From contig JAKMXF010000111.1 of assembly GCA_024704765.1 (NCBI GenBank), forward strand, positions 1,561,627 to 1,625,626: a stretch of DNA of 64,000 bases. The letters run 5' to 3'. The notes beneath the pieces were generated by a model. That model ran no database searches. It was not told the origin of the DNA and saw only the letters and a list, made by a program, of their open reading frames with translations. Positions 36,301-51,300 of this stretch are shown in pieces. Numbering within the stretch: the first letter of the stretch is position 1; every line of letters begins with the position of its first letter. The DNA comes from Oopsacas minuta. Taxonomy: Eukaryota; Animalia; Porifera. The position numbers and the translations under genes were made by a program.

Positions 36301-39300
36301 GCATTAATGGAATATAGGATATCAAGAAGTACGCAATATAGTTTTCGGCCTGGGACAATTTTACTGTAAAACGAAGTTGAAAGTCCGTGATACAACCCAC
36401 AAATTCGCACTAATGTAGCGCACTAATTTGAGAAATCAACCAGGAGGAATAGAATGGAATAGACATCAATATATGGGTTACCTTGGAAATTCTGTGCCCT
36501 TTGAATCCTTAGGTTAGAAGTTAATATAAATTCTATTGATTGAACAAACTGGAAGGCTCACAGAGTTAATTATGTATTGACATATAGGAGTGTTCCGCAA
36601 CCCCCCATTTACTGACCACATGCTGCCGGCAGTCTAAAATTTGCGGTAAGCAAATATTTTCAAAGGCAAAAGTATTTTGCACTTTACAGAATACAGTAGA
36701 TATTCCTTGTGTAGGCTAGGTTTCAATTAATATATTTCTCACTAATCTGATTCTATTTAATTTCTAAGCAGTAATCGTAACAAAAGGAATACTAAAATTT
36801 TTACCACTTCGTTTTAACCTATTCCCACACCCACATGGAGATTTTAGCATCTTTCTGACATCATAAAATTACACATTTCCCGGAAGTATTCGGTTAAACT
36901 CGCATTAGAACTGAGTCGAATACAACGAAACTACCGTTATGATATTGTGATTCTCTACACCCTATAGCTTGAAAGTAATTGATTTTACTCGGCTTACAAA
37001 GAAATTCCGCACATAATGAAATGAAACAGGGGTTCCTAGGACTTAAAGTACGGGGGACTAAGACTAAGTTATAACCTGAGTTTACTGTATATTTTGTAAG
37101 TTGGATCTATACTTTTTGAATTCACATAATATATCGGGATTTTAAAGGCACCTAAATCAGTCATAAATTCATGAATTTTTCCGAATTATTGGGGCCGGCA
37201 CGGCTATGGGATGCCAAATTTGGCCTCAAGGTTCAAAAATGTTCCGGAACATTGGCATACAGGGGCCTCGGTGAGACAAATTTAAGTCTTGGACGATTGG
37301 ACGAGAATTGAATCATAATATATAATACCTAGTTCAATACGGGATTTCAATGCATATATGTAAGTATTGAGATGATTAAACTGATTAATGCAGGGTTGCA
37401 CAAACTCGACTTTTTACAAATTGAGCCTTTTTAGGGTAATATATTCACGGAATCAATTAAGATTACTTAAAAAATCCAACTGGCCATCCTTCATCAAGTT
37501 TAGTCTCCATTATGCAATGACGTCATCATGTATACAACTTGAGCATTTTTCAACATACAATATACAAATATGCAAAGTTTCAATAGCTTTATTGTCACTC
37601 ATATATTTTGATCTCCTAGAATAATGCCATATATCAGTGGTCCTCAACCGGGTTCTGTAGTACGGGTACTTTACAAGTTGTGTACATTCATTATATTAGT
37701 CCAAAGTCCAAAACTATTTCCGTTTAACCCAGTTTTGTATATAAGTGGCTGGTGGCACTAGTTCATAATTAGTAGGCAAAAAGGGTATAAGCAAAATTAC
37801 ATTAACCGAAGCGGTGTGCCCTGGCTCGGACAAGTTTTGGACGAAAATTCGGACCTATTATGAAATCATTACGTAATTGTCACCTTTTCGGATTTTCGAA
37901 AATTACACTATTAATCACTGCTCAGAAGTTTGAAATTTGAATCACAGGTACCCCTCAATGTGACCAATGTCCTGACGTCATGATTCTGACCAAAAGCTAA
38001 CTCATCATGAGATTATTACGTCATCATGACTGTACAAAAAATCAGAATTTCTCAATACCCGTCGCATGACGTACCTAGATTACTAACCAAAAGGGACATA
38101 GCATCTCCAGTGTCACAACAGAAGGCCATTGAATGTAATTTGGATGGACCATGAAAAATAAAATCTTAAAATTTCTCCTATATTATAAACCCGAGGCACG
38201 AAGTGTCAAGTTTATCCCGTCGCATAGCAACCAAAAGCATTAAGAAATTATCTGTTTACTACTTAATCTAACCTCAGGCACTAAGCTGTTCCGCAGCGAC
38301 CTAGCAAGCGAAGTTCGCTAGTTATAATTAATCATAGCCTTGCATTTAGCAGATTACAGTCTAACTATGAAAACGGTCATCCATAGATATTTTTGAACAA
38401 GTCAATACTGATTGAATATTCTCACATTACGGTTGTAGATTCTATACAATTCCATTAAATTCGATGAGCCATAGACACATGGGTTAAGATGTAGTGACCA
38501 TTACACAGGGTGAGAACTATATTTTTGTTGATGAATTTGAGAATAGCTGGTCACACTTATTCTAATAGTGGTTTTTGTTTATAAGAACACCTTTGTAGAA
38601 AAATATGTATTTATGACGATGTATTCTTATAAGCTATAACCGCTGTATCTCTTAATAAATTCAAGCCTGAAACCGCTCGAACCGAATATCAGTAATCATG
38701 AATAACAGCCTAGCCTAGCCGAATACTGATAATATTCGGTTAGGATTCTAATACACTTAGAATGCTATGACCAAAGAAAATTATATAATAATCTCCATGA
38801 TGACTAGTGCATTAATTATATTTAATTAATGGTTAATTAAGCATATTGTTAGCATAAATACAGTCTATATACTTATTAAACTAATACACTCATTCCCATC
38901 TGACACGAGAATAGGAGACTAGAGATCATACAACACTAGAATACAAGGAACAAGTGAAGATGAAATATCAAAAGTTATGATCATGCTAAGGTTTCTTCTT
39001 AGTATCTTTCTTAGACTTGGTTCCAATCATCGATCTCAGTTTTTCATCTTCAAACACCTTCCTATCCTCGTCGTATCTTCTCCTGCGCTCTGCTAGCTCT
39101 TGTCGCTCCTTCTCCTGTGCTTCCATCATAGCCTCTTTCCTACGCTGCAAATCTGCTTGGAACTCTCGATGTTTCATCAATTTCTCTCGCACTTTTTCCT
39201 GGAACACACTTTCCATCTGTTCTTCCATTTTTGACAATTTGTCTTCTTGATCAAGACGTTCCCGCTCAAGTAGTTCCATAGGATTACCTCCGTTAAAATC

Positions 39301-42300
39301 CTCCCCAGTGAATCTGGATGACAGCTGGTTATCGCTGATGTTGAGCATTTTACTGAGCTTCTGTATACGGTATCTCTCGTATAATATGTTATTAGTCACA
39401 TCCTTCAGGTCTTGCATATGTGTACGTACCAACATGTTCCTAAGAGTGTTGAAGTCACAGTGCTCATCATTTTCTATATCTACAACTCCCCAAGGATAGC
39501 TCCTGCCCCTCACCTTCTTACCATTCTGTTCTACAACTGTGTTGCTACCAATTACAGCAAAAGGAATGCTCTCCTTCAGCTTCTTGTTGGTGCGAGCATC
39601 TTCTTCATCCTCAAAGTCATAATCTGGAAAGTTGTAAATTTCAATTCCATGCTGGTTGATGTCCTGGAGAATTTTGTGTTTGAATGCTCGACATTCTTCT
39701 GGTGAGAAAGTGTCAGCTTTCGCTATAATAGGCACAATGTTAACTTTCTTATGTAATTGCTTCATGAAGTCAATATCCAGCTGCTTTAGTCCGTGTCCAT
39801 TTGGTGCGATGAAATATAAACAAGCGTGAACCCTAAGATCGGGATTATTCTGTCTGTTCACTCTGCTCTCTGACGTCAGGAATTCTTCATAGCGTGAGTC
39901 TATGTATTTGAGAATAGGATCCCAGCACTCAGTATTATCTACCAGCTCTCCGAATCCTGGAGTGTCTACTAGTGTGAGTTGTAGCCGAACTCCTCCCTCT
40001 ATTATATGCACAGCAGAACATTGAGTTGTAGTAGTCTTAGGCAGACGTTGGTTGGGGGAGTGGTATCCATTATCCACATAGAGATCTGTCAGAAATAGAG
40101 AATTGATTAGTGTGGACTTTCCTAACCCGCTGGCTCCTACCACCATCAGACTGAACTCAAAACCTTTCTTCACTGCTTTCCGATGCACTTGGTTGGGAAG
40201 GTTAGCGAACCCGACATACCCTGATAATATCTTCTCCATTCTAATTAGTAATCTATGTAGACTATATTATCAAATAATTAAATGATGACTAGAATAATAA
40301 ATTATTTTTGGATATCTTCACACAATATTTTCTATTTACGGGCCTTGCTTGGATCGATTCGCGGTTGACCTTTATTACCAATAAGTATTGCTGTGTGGCC
40401 TTTGTTGGCTTCGATCATACCTATAAAGGATAGCATAAAAGATAGGATTTATGAGATCTTTAATTGAATTTACAAATTCTATTTTTGAACTTAAATATTG
40501 AAATCACGCATTTGAAAATTTGCATCGCGAAATTCAGATAAGAACCTTTGTTACCCTTATAAACATTGTTAAACCGCTTGAATATCCGAGTTCATGAATA
40601 ACGAACTTACCAAATACTGATACAAATACTGATAATATTCCGTTATTTAAAACCGAATATAAATTATTGTCCAAATTTTCGGTTGCAACCTTGCTTATAA
40701 ATTACAAATGTAACTTTGTTGAGAACAAATTTCTACGAATTTTATGCAAACATAAATTCAGGAGAATATATGATTTGATTTGCTTAGTCTGAATAAGTTA
40801 TAATTCAAATATAAATATTAGATAATATTAACTTCACTTTATTAAGTATTCTACTAGTTTAGATAGTAATGTTATAAGGATATACGGTATATATATCCTG
40901 AACTAGTTTTCTAATTGCCTATTGTGTAATGGTGGTGGAAGACTGACCAACATTTCCATATTCAATGAAAGAGACATATTCATAGGAATTACCATACTCA
41001 GGTTTCTTTGGCTACCTCAGCTGATACGTTTGATATGCAACATTGCAGATACTTCTAAAGAATCTTTCCAACCTCACAGTGACAATATAATTCTAGGTAT
41101 TCGTATTCATAATACTTTGAACTACAAATCCAGCGGTTTTTACGAATCTCCCTCCATAAAATTCTAATGTAGCCAAGCTATTTGAGAACTAGATGTGAAT
41201 ATTTTATATGGTTTCTCCGAATATATAATATTACTCTAATCAACATTTCAGTAATGAATAATAGTTAATAGTATCAACTTGATTAAATAATATATTAGGA
41301 TAATTTGGTTGTAATAATTACAACTACCATATACTTATGTAGATGTCATAATCAATATTGTTAACATATCTTTTGGTTTTGAGTAGGCTTGTGAATTGTC
41401 AATTGGTCAAACTTGTGGTAAATTGTACCATAAAATAAATTTCTAATTCAGATATCCTCCATACATTTGATAATCGAACTGTTACAGGTATAAATTCGAT
41501 GAAAGGAATTCAATATCTATGGTTTCATACATAATTTTCCTGAGGGAAAAGAAAATCCGGATTACTGAGATCGAATGTAGAGCGATCCAGATTCAAACAA
41601 TATATTGATTATTTATATCTACACTATTGTACAGGGATTAAAATCTCTATATTGTTTCAGTAGATACATTATACGTACTGAGATAAGATTACTTATACCG
41701 TATTAGGACATCGATAAATGAAATTGTATTAACAAAGGAATTAATTGAATTTTATTAATCGCTATTTTATTTGGCAGGTCTCGGAATGAGGATAAGTTAT
41801 GTACATAGTCTGGATGGTAACAGCTTTGAACTTATCAGTCCTCTACTAACTGGACACCAACCTGGTCACTTCTGGCTGAAAGGCTTAGAGAAAGCTCTCC
41901 AAGTTTCCATATCTCTAACTATACATCGCATCCTGCAATCCATCAATCTAGACTACCTAATTAATCCTGATAATAATCAGTTAACTGTATTGGTATCTTC
42001 TCTAAGAGACAATCCTCTTCAGTGTGTGGCAATGGCTCTCTGTTTAACATGGACGTATGTGATAGATAAGAGTATAGACGAAGACAACCCGAACTTACTT
42101 TATATGTTAGGAGAAAGGCTATCACAGTGCACTAGTATTCTGATCAAGGATATCTCTTCTCCTTTAGAGGCGAATAAGCGGTCAGCTGCTTCTAGATTAA
42201 TTATCTATATTCAAAATCTGCAATACAGTTTGTCAAGTTTACAGAAAGAATCATCTATGTCGTGTGACAATTTCCTCTGGGCGTCTAATTTCAAGTGCAG

Positions 42301-45300
42301 ATACAGCTTGTCAGATTCTGAGAGTGACGAGTTAACACCCATACTAGCAATTTCCCATCTCAACTACAACTACCCATACTGCAGTGAGTATCAGGGTGCT
42401 GGTCAGGAGCTAGTGCTAACTCCTATCACCGAGAAGTGTGTTTTTAATTTAAGTCTAGCTATGTATACCAATAAGTTAGCTGGAGTTATTGGGCTTAATG
42501 GTAGTGCTATTAGCGAGACGGTAAAAGCACTCTGCTATATCACTGGTAGAGCCTGTTTCTCTCTTGATGCTAGCTCATTCCAAACACACGCACAGGTAAC
42601 TAATGCACTGCTAGGATTCATTGAGTCAGGAACTATTGGTTACATTGCTAACCTTGACAGACTTAAAGCGAATCTCTCTTGCACTCTGGTTACACTTTTA
42701 CAAGCTGTTAAGGGTCAAATTGAAAATAGCCTACCTTACAAGTGCTTCCTGTACTTCTACGATATATCACCTAAACATGACAGTAATATAGACTGGTACA
42801 ATGTGAATGAATTCGGGATCCTGGGGGAACTAAGTATAGGTAGGAAGGTCTTCTTGAAACACGGGTATGGGTGTTGTGTGAGTATGAGTAATCAGAACCT
42901 ACCAGAAGAGTTTTCTAACTATCTCCACACGCAAATACATTTCTTCTATTTCTCAAAGCCTAGTTACAAACAAATGCTAGAAGCTCATCTCCTTTCTCAC
43001 GACTTTTCTTCATACAAAGTGCTCAGTTGTAAAGTGATGTCATTCATAAACCATTTAAAGAAACTATTCAAAAAAGAGTTGGTAGCACAGCCAACAGACT
43101 TCAGGCGTGTTTTAAGAGAAGCTATTATCTACTTGGAATCCGCTGGGAAAATCTTGGGGCAGGAGAGCAGCATGGAAGAGAGAGAAATACTGTCGGTCTA
43201 CTATGCTATTTGGAGGGTTGTAAAACCGCAACTAGCTAAAAGTGAGCTTATAATGGCTAAGAGCGTTCTCAATTCTATATTTCCTGAGTGTTCCCGCTGT
43301 ATTGGAATTCTCTCCCAGTTAGACTTTGACGATAAAGAAACCGCTGATCTCGAGAAAATTCTAACTAGAATCCTTGTAGAGAGGCAATATAGAGCAAATG
43401 CCAAGGAAATGGAGAAAATATTCGATATTTACAACTCGTTACAACATGGTCAGAATGTTGTGATATTCGGACCTACTCTATGTGGGAAGACAACTTGCCT
43501 GCAACTGCTAGCTAATGCGTTGAATGAGAAAAATGACAAGCTTGTCGATTTGACTACAATATATCCACACGCGCTAGACACTGCTTCTATGTATGGCTGG
43601 TATGACAATGAGTCTCAAATTTGGAGGCAAGGATTGTTGCAGAAGCTCTTATCCAATAAGTTATCCTCTGACCCACAAGAGTTTCTTAAGAGCGAACAAT
43701 GGTTTGTATTTGATGGATGTATGCAAGGTGATTGGATCGCACAGCTACATTCAATGCTGTCTCTTCCTAAGCAATTCACAACTTGTGATGCTACAACTAT
43801 ACAACTCCCAGACACCTGTAAATTTATCTTCGAAACAGACACTCTATGTAATGTCGCGCCATCTCTCCTTTCTCACTGTTATCCAATTCCGATGGGTGAG
43901 GGTGTGTTGACCTGGAGAGATCAGCTTGATCAATGGTTAAAGTCGATCACTGTGTCGCAAGGGATAGCCAAGAGTGACGTAATCGATCTCAGGAGGTATA
44001 CAGATAATACCGTAGCCGCTATACTAGAATATTTACGAGATAATGTAGCAGAGAACATCCAACCCAACCAATCACTCGAGATGCTCTATGTTCGAAGATT
44101 CACCAACATAATGTCTGCTATGCTTAAGAAGTTCTACTTTTTGACATACAAATCCCTAACGAGTACTCTTGTATTATCTACAATTACTGAAGAAGAGACA
44201 AATTACAAAGTATTAGATCTTATTTTCGTATTTTCGCTTGCTTGGGGATTTGGGGGGTCTTTGGATGCAGACAGGAAAATCGCATTCAGTGAATTCTTAT
44301 CAAAACTTTTCCAGCAAACTGGCATAACAAGCGGATTATCGGATCGACAGGACCAAAATATTTTCAATTATTATATCGAACCGACTAAGAGAATGTTTGT
44401 GAGTTGGAGTGATAGGACAACAGATTATGCATCTTTTGGTAGCTATGTGCAGATTTCTGAAATTGATAAACTGTCGGTAATAGGAGAGCTTCTTCTTAAC
44501 AATGACATTCCAGTATTCTACTCAGGACCAGTTGGTTGTGGCAAGACTTCTATGATTGAAAATCTTCTTCAACACAGAGTTAAACTCAGTTCTCTCTCTT
44601 ACTCCCCACTATGGACACCTTCTAGGTTGCAACAAAGGATCAGAGCGACACATCTAGTACACCAGAAAAGCCATGTAGCTGTCCCTCATTTGGAGGAGAG
44701 GTGTACATTATTTATTGATGACTTTAACATTCCATCCACCCAAATAGGTTGTCCAGATGTACTCAGACAAGTCATAGAGTCAAGGCTGGTATATGACACA
44801 TCAGTTAATGTGATGAAACCTGTCTCCATTCAACTCATTGTATGTTCTAATTATGTCTATTCTCTTTCAAATTCCAGTAGAGTTCAGCATGATAGATTGT
44901 ATTCTCATTTTTTCAATTTGACAATGGATGACCCAGATAGTGCTACTCTGTTTAAGATATTCTCTCCTCCTGTTTTCAAATGGTTGTCAGGTCATTATCC
45001 TCCTTCACAGGAAGCTAACAGAGCTAACTACATTACCCAAATACTGGTGAAAACATCAGTAGTTGTGTATGAATGTATAAGAGATAAGCTCAAACCAACC
45101 CCTGCTACGCCCCAGTACTCATTCAGTCTATTTGAGCTGAACAGACTGTTTCAAAGTTTATTTGTGTTCACCCCAAAGCACAAAGATAAAGCTGGCTCCA
45201 AAGCTGATACAGACAAACAACGCAACAAACGCACATCAGTGATAAGTAGGAAGAGGAGACAGAGACATTTGAGTAGATATGATACTATTCAGAGTGGAAA

Positions 45301-48300
45301 TTATGCGATAGAGATGGAAGACAACTTTGAATATTTCGTCTCTCTTCAGAGGAACCTTGTAAGACTATGGTGTCATGAACATTGTAGAGTGTATGGTGAC
45401 ACGATTAGTGGCGAGAAGGACCAGGAATGGTTTCAAATGCTACTCAAGAACTGTGTGCAAAGAGCATTCTGTTCAATTAGCGAGATGAGATCGGCTAGTG
45501 AAGATAATAAAAGTCTGAAGAAGATTTCTAAACCAATGAGATTTGCCCTAAAGAAACAACCTCCAATTGAAGAGAACAGGATTATAGCTCGTCATACTGA
45601 AGAAATGTCAAAAGAGAACTTTTGGAGGGTTAAGATTCCTCTAAACAAAATATTTGCTGTTATAGAGGAGATGACAAGCTTAATGTATTTCCGCATGCCA
45701 CAAACCAGCATTCCTGAATCTCCCTCTTCTATTAACTCACGTAGTACTCCCTTATCAAAATATTTGTACAGTGAAGTGACAGATCTAGCCTTTAAGAATT
45801 TGCTACAACCTCATTTGGATTCACTTAACGAGAATCTGACTGCAGAAAACAAAATAATTATATATCCCTCCGCCCTGGAGCAAATAGTTCGTCTCTCAAG
45901 ACTTTTGCAGATGTTTGAAGGCCACGCACTGTTCTGTGCACAGAGAAGTACAGGCCGAAAGACAATAGCAAAGCTGGCTGCTGCACTAACTAAATCTCAC
46001 CTCTATGATATGCAAGCTAATACTGAGAGGAACAGCTTTAAAGACTGTTTGCCCATCCTTCAGGCCGCAATAAACTCTTCAGTGATTTCACGTGCTCATT
46101 CAGTAGTGGTAGTGACTGGAGACTGGCTACCAGAAGTATGGCATGCGATAGGGGAACTTTTGGCCCTCGAAAATGTTAATCAAGAGAGAATAATTAAGGA
46201 ATTGGAAGAGGGTTCACCATTCCAGCACTACAGGTATGTTTATACTTGATAGCATCATAATTATGTACAGGACGGCGCAGCCTATTAAAACTTGTGGGTG
46301 TCCGGACACCCAGGACACCCACTGTGGCGTCGGCCCTGATGTATATTAATTACGTTGGTGAGTAATTCTACATGTACGAATATTCTACTTGATAACAAAG
46401 CTTAGTGGCGCGAATTTTCAGCGTAAGTCGGGTGTCTATGGTAATGATCTCATAGTAAACAATGAATTGCTGTCTATAGACATCTGAACTGAGCATAAAG
46501 TTCAGATGAATTTCAGACTGCCCTATATTGAGTTTTATGAGTCTTTTGAGACACTTTGTCCATTAGTCACGCGAATTTCACATGTTCTTTTCAGCCCAAT
46601 AGGGGGCACTCGAAAAGTTTTGTGGTTCACCTCTATATCAGATAGTAATTATGTGAATATCACATTTTTTCAAAATATTCTCCATTACAACCTATGCACT
46701 TTTTCATCCGTGTAAACCACTATTCAAAACCTATTTCCACTCTTGTTTGGGGATCGCTTCCTTCACTGAGAAAAGTGCCCCTTCAACTCCTCATTAGTTG
46801 AAAATCTCCTTCCACGTAATTAATCGCAAGGAACTCCCAGGAGTCGCACGGGGCTAAGTCGGACTGTAGAGCGGGTGAGGTAGTGTTTTGAGCCCAGAAT
46901 TTTCCCAAAACTCACGAGTCCTGAGTGCCGTGTGAAATGATGCGTTATCATGATAGGTAATATGATATAAAAATGAAAAAGTGCTACTGTTTTGTTACGT
47001 CATTTGTGATTCGTTCACACGGGTAAGTTGTAATTAGTTCGACCAGGCCATGGTTTACTATCTATATATATATATACGGCTAGCTAGGCAAAGAATTGCC
47101 AAATACTATCCAGGCAATTGATCATATTCTTTTTGACCATGAAGGATTGCAAGCTATCATTACAAATTCTACTATAAATAGGTTTCCACATACGGCGGAG
47201 ACATCTAGAATACTTTTGAACCTGCTTTTCATGGTATTTACCCACAATGACGTAATCAAGTTCATACCCATATATGGTAATTTTTCTTTTGGTCAAATTT
47301 TTCCGAAATTCTCAAAACTTGAACTAATCTTTTTTATCAAATATTTATTGCAGAAATCAGCCTAATAGAAGTTACGTCACCAAAATTTGTAGATTGAACG
47401 TATGATACGTATTATACGTAATACGACTTCATTAAAAGACGTATTAAACAACTTAGGTTTATCGACTCGGTTGATATAGAATTAGGAGTTGTCACTTGTT
47501 CGACTGTTGAACTAATTCAACCACGATGAACTAGGCAAGTATCGGACTACATCTCCAGCAACCTCTGAGCTACTGTGCAAGAATAAGATACATAAAAAAC
47601 ACCACTAGAAACATTATTCATAAAATATCACTAAATATCAATTTCAACAATTAGATATCACTTCCAAAGACCCAATCCAACAACCAGGGGGTGCCAAGCA
47701 TCCGCACATCTCTAGCCAGTCCGGACACGAATCAAAAAATTCTGAGCTACAGTGCAAATAGTGATCTAAAATACACAAAATCGAGAAACTTACTCGTTTA
47801 GCAACTAATCCAATAAATATTCATCTCAACAACTAGATATCGCTCAAAGACCCTATCCAAGAGACAATTAAAACAAAGTCTAATGAGTGACAACTCCTCT
47901 AAAACAGAGAGTGAACAAATGACAACGTATAAGTCGAACAATACAGCGTCCCCCTAATGATAACCCTAGCATAACCGAGTCGAACTAAAACAACTTACGA
48001 AATTCGAACTAATGCAGCGTCCCCCTGCTTAACATCGTGGCATTCTAGATTGCTGACTCATTGGACTCAGCATACTCTATTACCTCAGTATAACCATTGA
48101 AAGCATATTTCTATAACAATTTTGGAATTTGTTTACTTTATGTACCTAAAACTAAACAAATATTCACAAAATGTTGTTTACAATATCATATTTGGGCTCA
48201 GCATACTCGATTACCTCAGTATAACCATTGAACGCATGTTTCTACCACAATTTTGGAACTTGTTTTCTTTATATTCATAAAAACAACAACAAATTTACAT

Positions 48301-51300
48301 ATGAAAATGCGAAATTCGGATTCAGCGTACTTAGTTACCCCTGGGTATTCGTTTAGGGTAAGCCTGTACATATATATATATTGAAATTTGGATAATTTGT
48401 TTAGAGTATCTCCAATCCCTGAAATATTCAAGACAGATATAGCACCTCCTCACTACCCTCCTCCACTAATCAGAAATCTTCTCAAACATAACCTACACTT
48501 TGTGGTAATCATAAACCACATCCCTAACTCATTCACTCACTTCTTCACACAATATCACAAGTTAGTTAGGTACTTAACTCTCAATATAGTATCTCCGCTC
48601 TGTGAATTTTCTCTCAGAGAGGTAGCACATACATGGCTCTCTAAAAACGCAGTCAACAAGTGGGTAGATGAGGAAACAAGTTTAGATACAATAAGTGAGG
48701 TTGCAGCTCATATTCACTGTACTGCCTTTGAAAAGGCTCAGATAATATACCCTAAATATGACCTTTGGATTTATAAATCGAATATCAAAATGTTCATCGA
48801 CTTTCTAAAGACAAGTAGTAAAATGGCCTACGTCATCTTCCGCAAGGAGTCCCGTCTCACTCGAGAGGTTAGGAAGGCTCAAGACAACTTGACTGAAGCT
48901 AGATTGGAAGTAGAGACTATGCGAGTTGAAATGAAACAACTTGAAGAGAGAAGGCGAGACAAAATACAAAATATCAGAGAATTTGAAGAGGAAATCGACT
49001 TAATACGCATGGAGTATAGAAATGCAGAGTTGGTGAACAAGCAGCACGTAGAGGAGATACAAAAGTGTAATGAAATGATTGAAATGCTGAGAAAGGATCT
49101 AAAATTTCAATTCGGAGAGGTAGACCCTCTTTACAAGAGAGCAGGAGAAGCTTTAATAGAGCTCTGTCAGGAAGATATTGTGGAACTGACTACATTCCAA
49201 AAACCTCCAGACGGAGTCAAGAGGTTAGCCGAGTGCTTGTGTGTGTTGTTCAAGAGGGAATTAAGTTGGGGTTCTGCACAAGAATTGTTTAGAACAAAGC
49301 ATTTCTATCAGAATCTACTCTACTACGATAAAGGGAAGAATATGACCACCATCCTGTCAAGTCCACAGATTAGATTGCTGTGTAGCGATGCTGAAATGAA
49401 TAAGATTGCTTTCTCCAGCAAAGCAGCAGCATCTGTTGCACGCTGGCTAATCGCACTCTATCGTCATGCTACAGTTGATGAAGAGACTCGTGGTAAGAGA
49501 CATGTGCTCACAGAACTGGAAGAAGAAGTAGAGAGACTGGAAATCCAGCGAGGCAAAGAACGTGTCAAGATGATTAACAACAACAGTCAATTGGAAAATA
49601 ACAACACTTTATTAGAAACGAAAAGAAGTGAGATAATCCAATTTGATAAAGAGATACAAGTGTATAGAGATAGCATAAGGGATGCTTATAAGATATTCTC
49701 CTCTCTCCAGCTATCGGAAGCTAAGTTTAACAAAATTATAGTGGAAAGTCATAACCGTGTAACTTCAATTGGAAATGTGTTGATAACCTCAGGCGCTATC
49801 AACTACTTAACTCCTTTCCCGTCTAATGTTATTTTAGAGCTGGTAAATGTTTGGAAGGAGATCTGTGGCATCATGCCCCCAAATGGGCAGATTGTATCCA
49901 CGGCTAGCGTTAAAGTAACACCAGACTTCTCTCTTCAGGAAATTCTAACGACAGAAGAGGAGAGGTTCTACTGGGAGATAAAGAAAAGAGAGTTGCCTCA
50001 AGGAGAAGACTACAGACTAAAACTCATACTAATTCGAGCGGTAGCTAGTTTTGACTGCCTCTGGCCATATGTGTATGACCCGACAGGACTTTTCTACAAA
50101 TGGATAAAGAGTATGGAATCAACTTTCAGGGGAGAAGAAATAGAACACTTATTCGAATTAACCAAGAACTATGAAGAAGCTATTAAGGTATCCGCTAGTC
50201 TTCCAGCTATATACACGCAACCAAAAAAACTTAGATTTTCTGATCGCAAACGCTCCATCTCCCCTCCTCCTTTTGGATCTAAATCAATTGATACTGCCTC
50301 AAGTACCTCGACACCTCCTCCTGAATCTTCTGAGAAGATTCTAAGGTTGAGGAAATCTTGGAGTCAAATCCAAAGAAGGAGCATCGTCAAGGCTATCTTC
50401 TCTACCAATTTGCATCTGGTGCGTTGCTATGATGACGAATTCGAGAATATTCTAGAAGAAGAGATATACCGGATAAGTCCAGTTCCAGTTATAGCATTGA
50501 GCATGAGCTGTCTTCCTCCAAGAACTTCGAGAAAAGTTATTTATTCTGAATTCGAGGAGAGAGACGGCAGGCGCTATCACAAGCTCGAAGGGAAAGAAGT
50601 TGAAGTAAGGGCAAGCTTTAGGCTATATATGACCTCTAACTACAGTCCTATGCTACGGGCAGCTGATGTGACAAACATCGACATGAATAAAGTTCGTTTC
50701 TGCAGCTTTGAGCCAGCGAGAGAGAGCCTGAGAGATATCCTGTTCATGATACTCGCAGATGTTGAAATGAGAGAAGTACAGAACAAGCTAGACACTGCTA
50801 CAAGAGATGTTATACACTTCTACAAGTTAATGAAAGAGAAACGCAAGAAGTTACTGAAACACATAATCGACTCTCCTAGCATAGCCAGTGATCTGGACCT
50901 AGTAAAGTTGATTAGCAGTACTGGTAGGGAGCTGGAAAGAGCTGAGGAAGGGAGAATGGAGTACCAGGAGACCTGTGACAAGCTACAGGATCAATTAGAC
51001 ATTTTGAGAGTAGTGTCAGACAATCTAGAGATTGTGTGGTATGCACTTGATAGAATGCAGAATATGTGTAAGAGAAAATATAACTTCACTCTAGCTGGGT
51101 TCTTAGAAATAACCCATGTTATAGCTAGTAGGACAGTAACAGAGACATTCCGACCAAATGACTGTTCAGTTGAGGGGCGTGTCCATTACATAAGCGGAGT
51201 AATGCTAAGAGAGACTTGTTCCTTCTATCTCTCCCAGATGATAGAATCTGACAAAGCATTCTTTCTCCTAACGTTAATATTCTCTACACGGATATCTCAT

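Noticed and set aside
39017-39705. Plus-strand ORFs opposite SEPT7, and similar shadow ORFs opposite CCDC57, INTS9, CATSPER2 and DNHD1
   Set aside because: Antisense or alternate-frame by-products of real coding sequence with no motifs. Those inside DNHD1 introns lack compatible splice sites.
46268-46338. 71-bp CAGG..CCCTG mini-element with an apparent 5-bp TSD (ATGTA)
   Set aside because: TIRs are weak and a 5-bp AT-rich match can arise by chance; superfamily cannot be assigned from one copy.
47500-47900. Two ~185-bp direct repeats in DNHD1 intron 13 as a possible extra exon or LTR pair
   Set aside because: Exons 13 and 14 already join in phase 2 with continuous dynein sequence, and there are no TG..CA ends, PBS or PPT.
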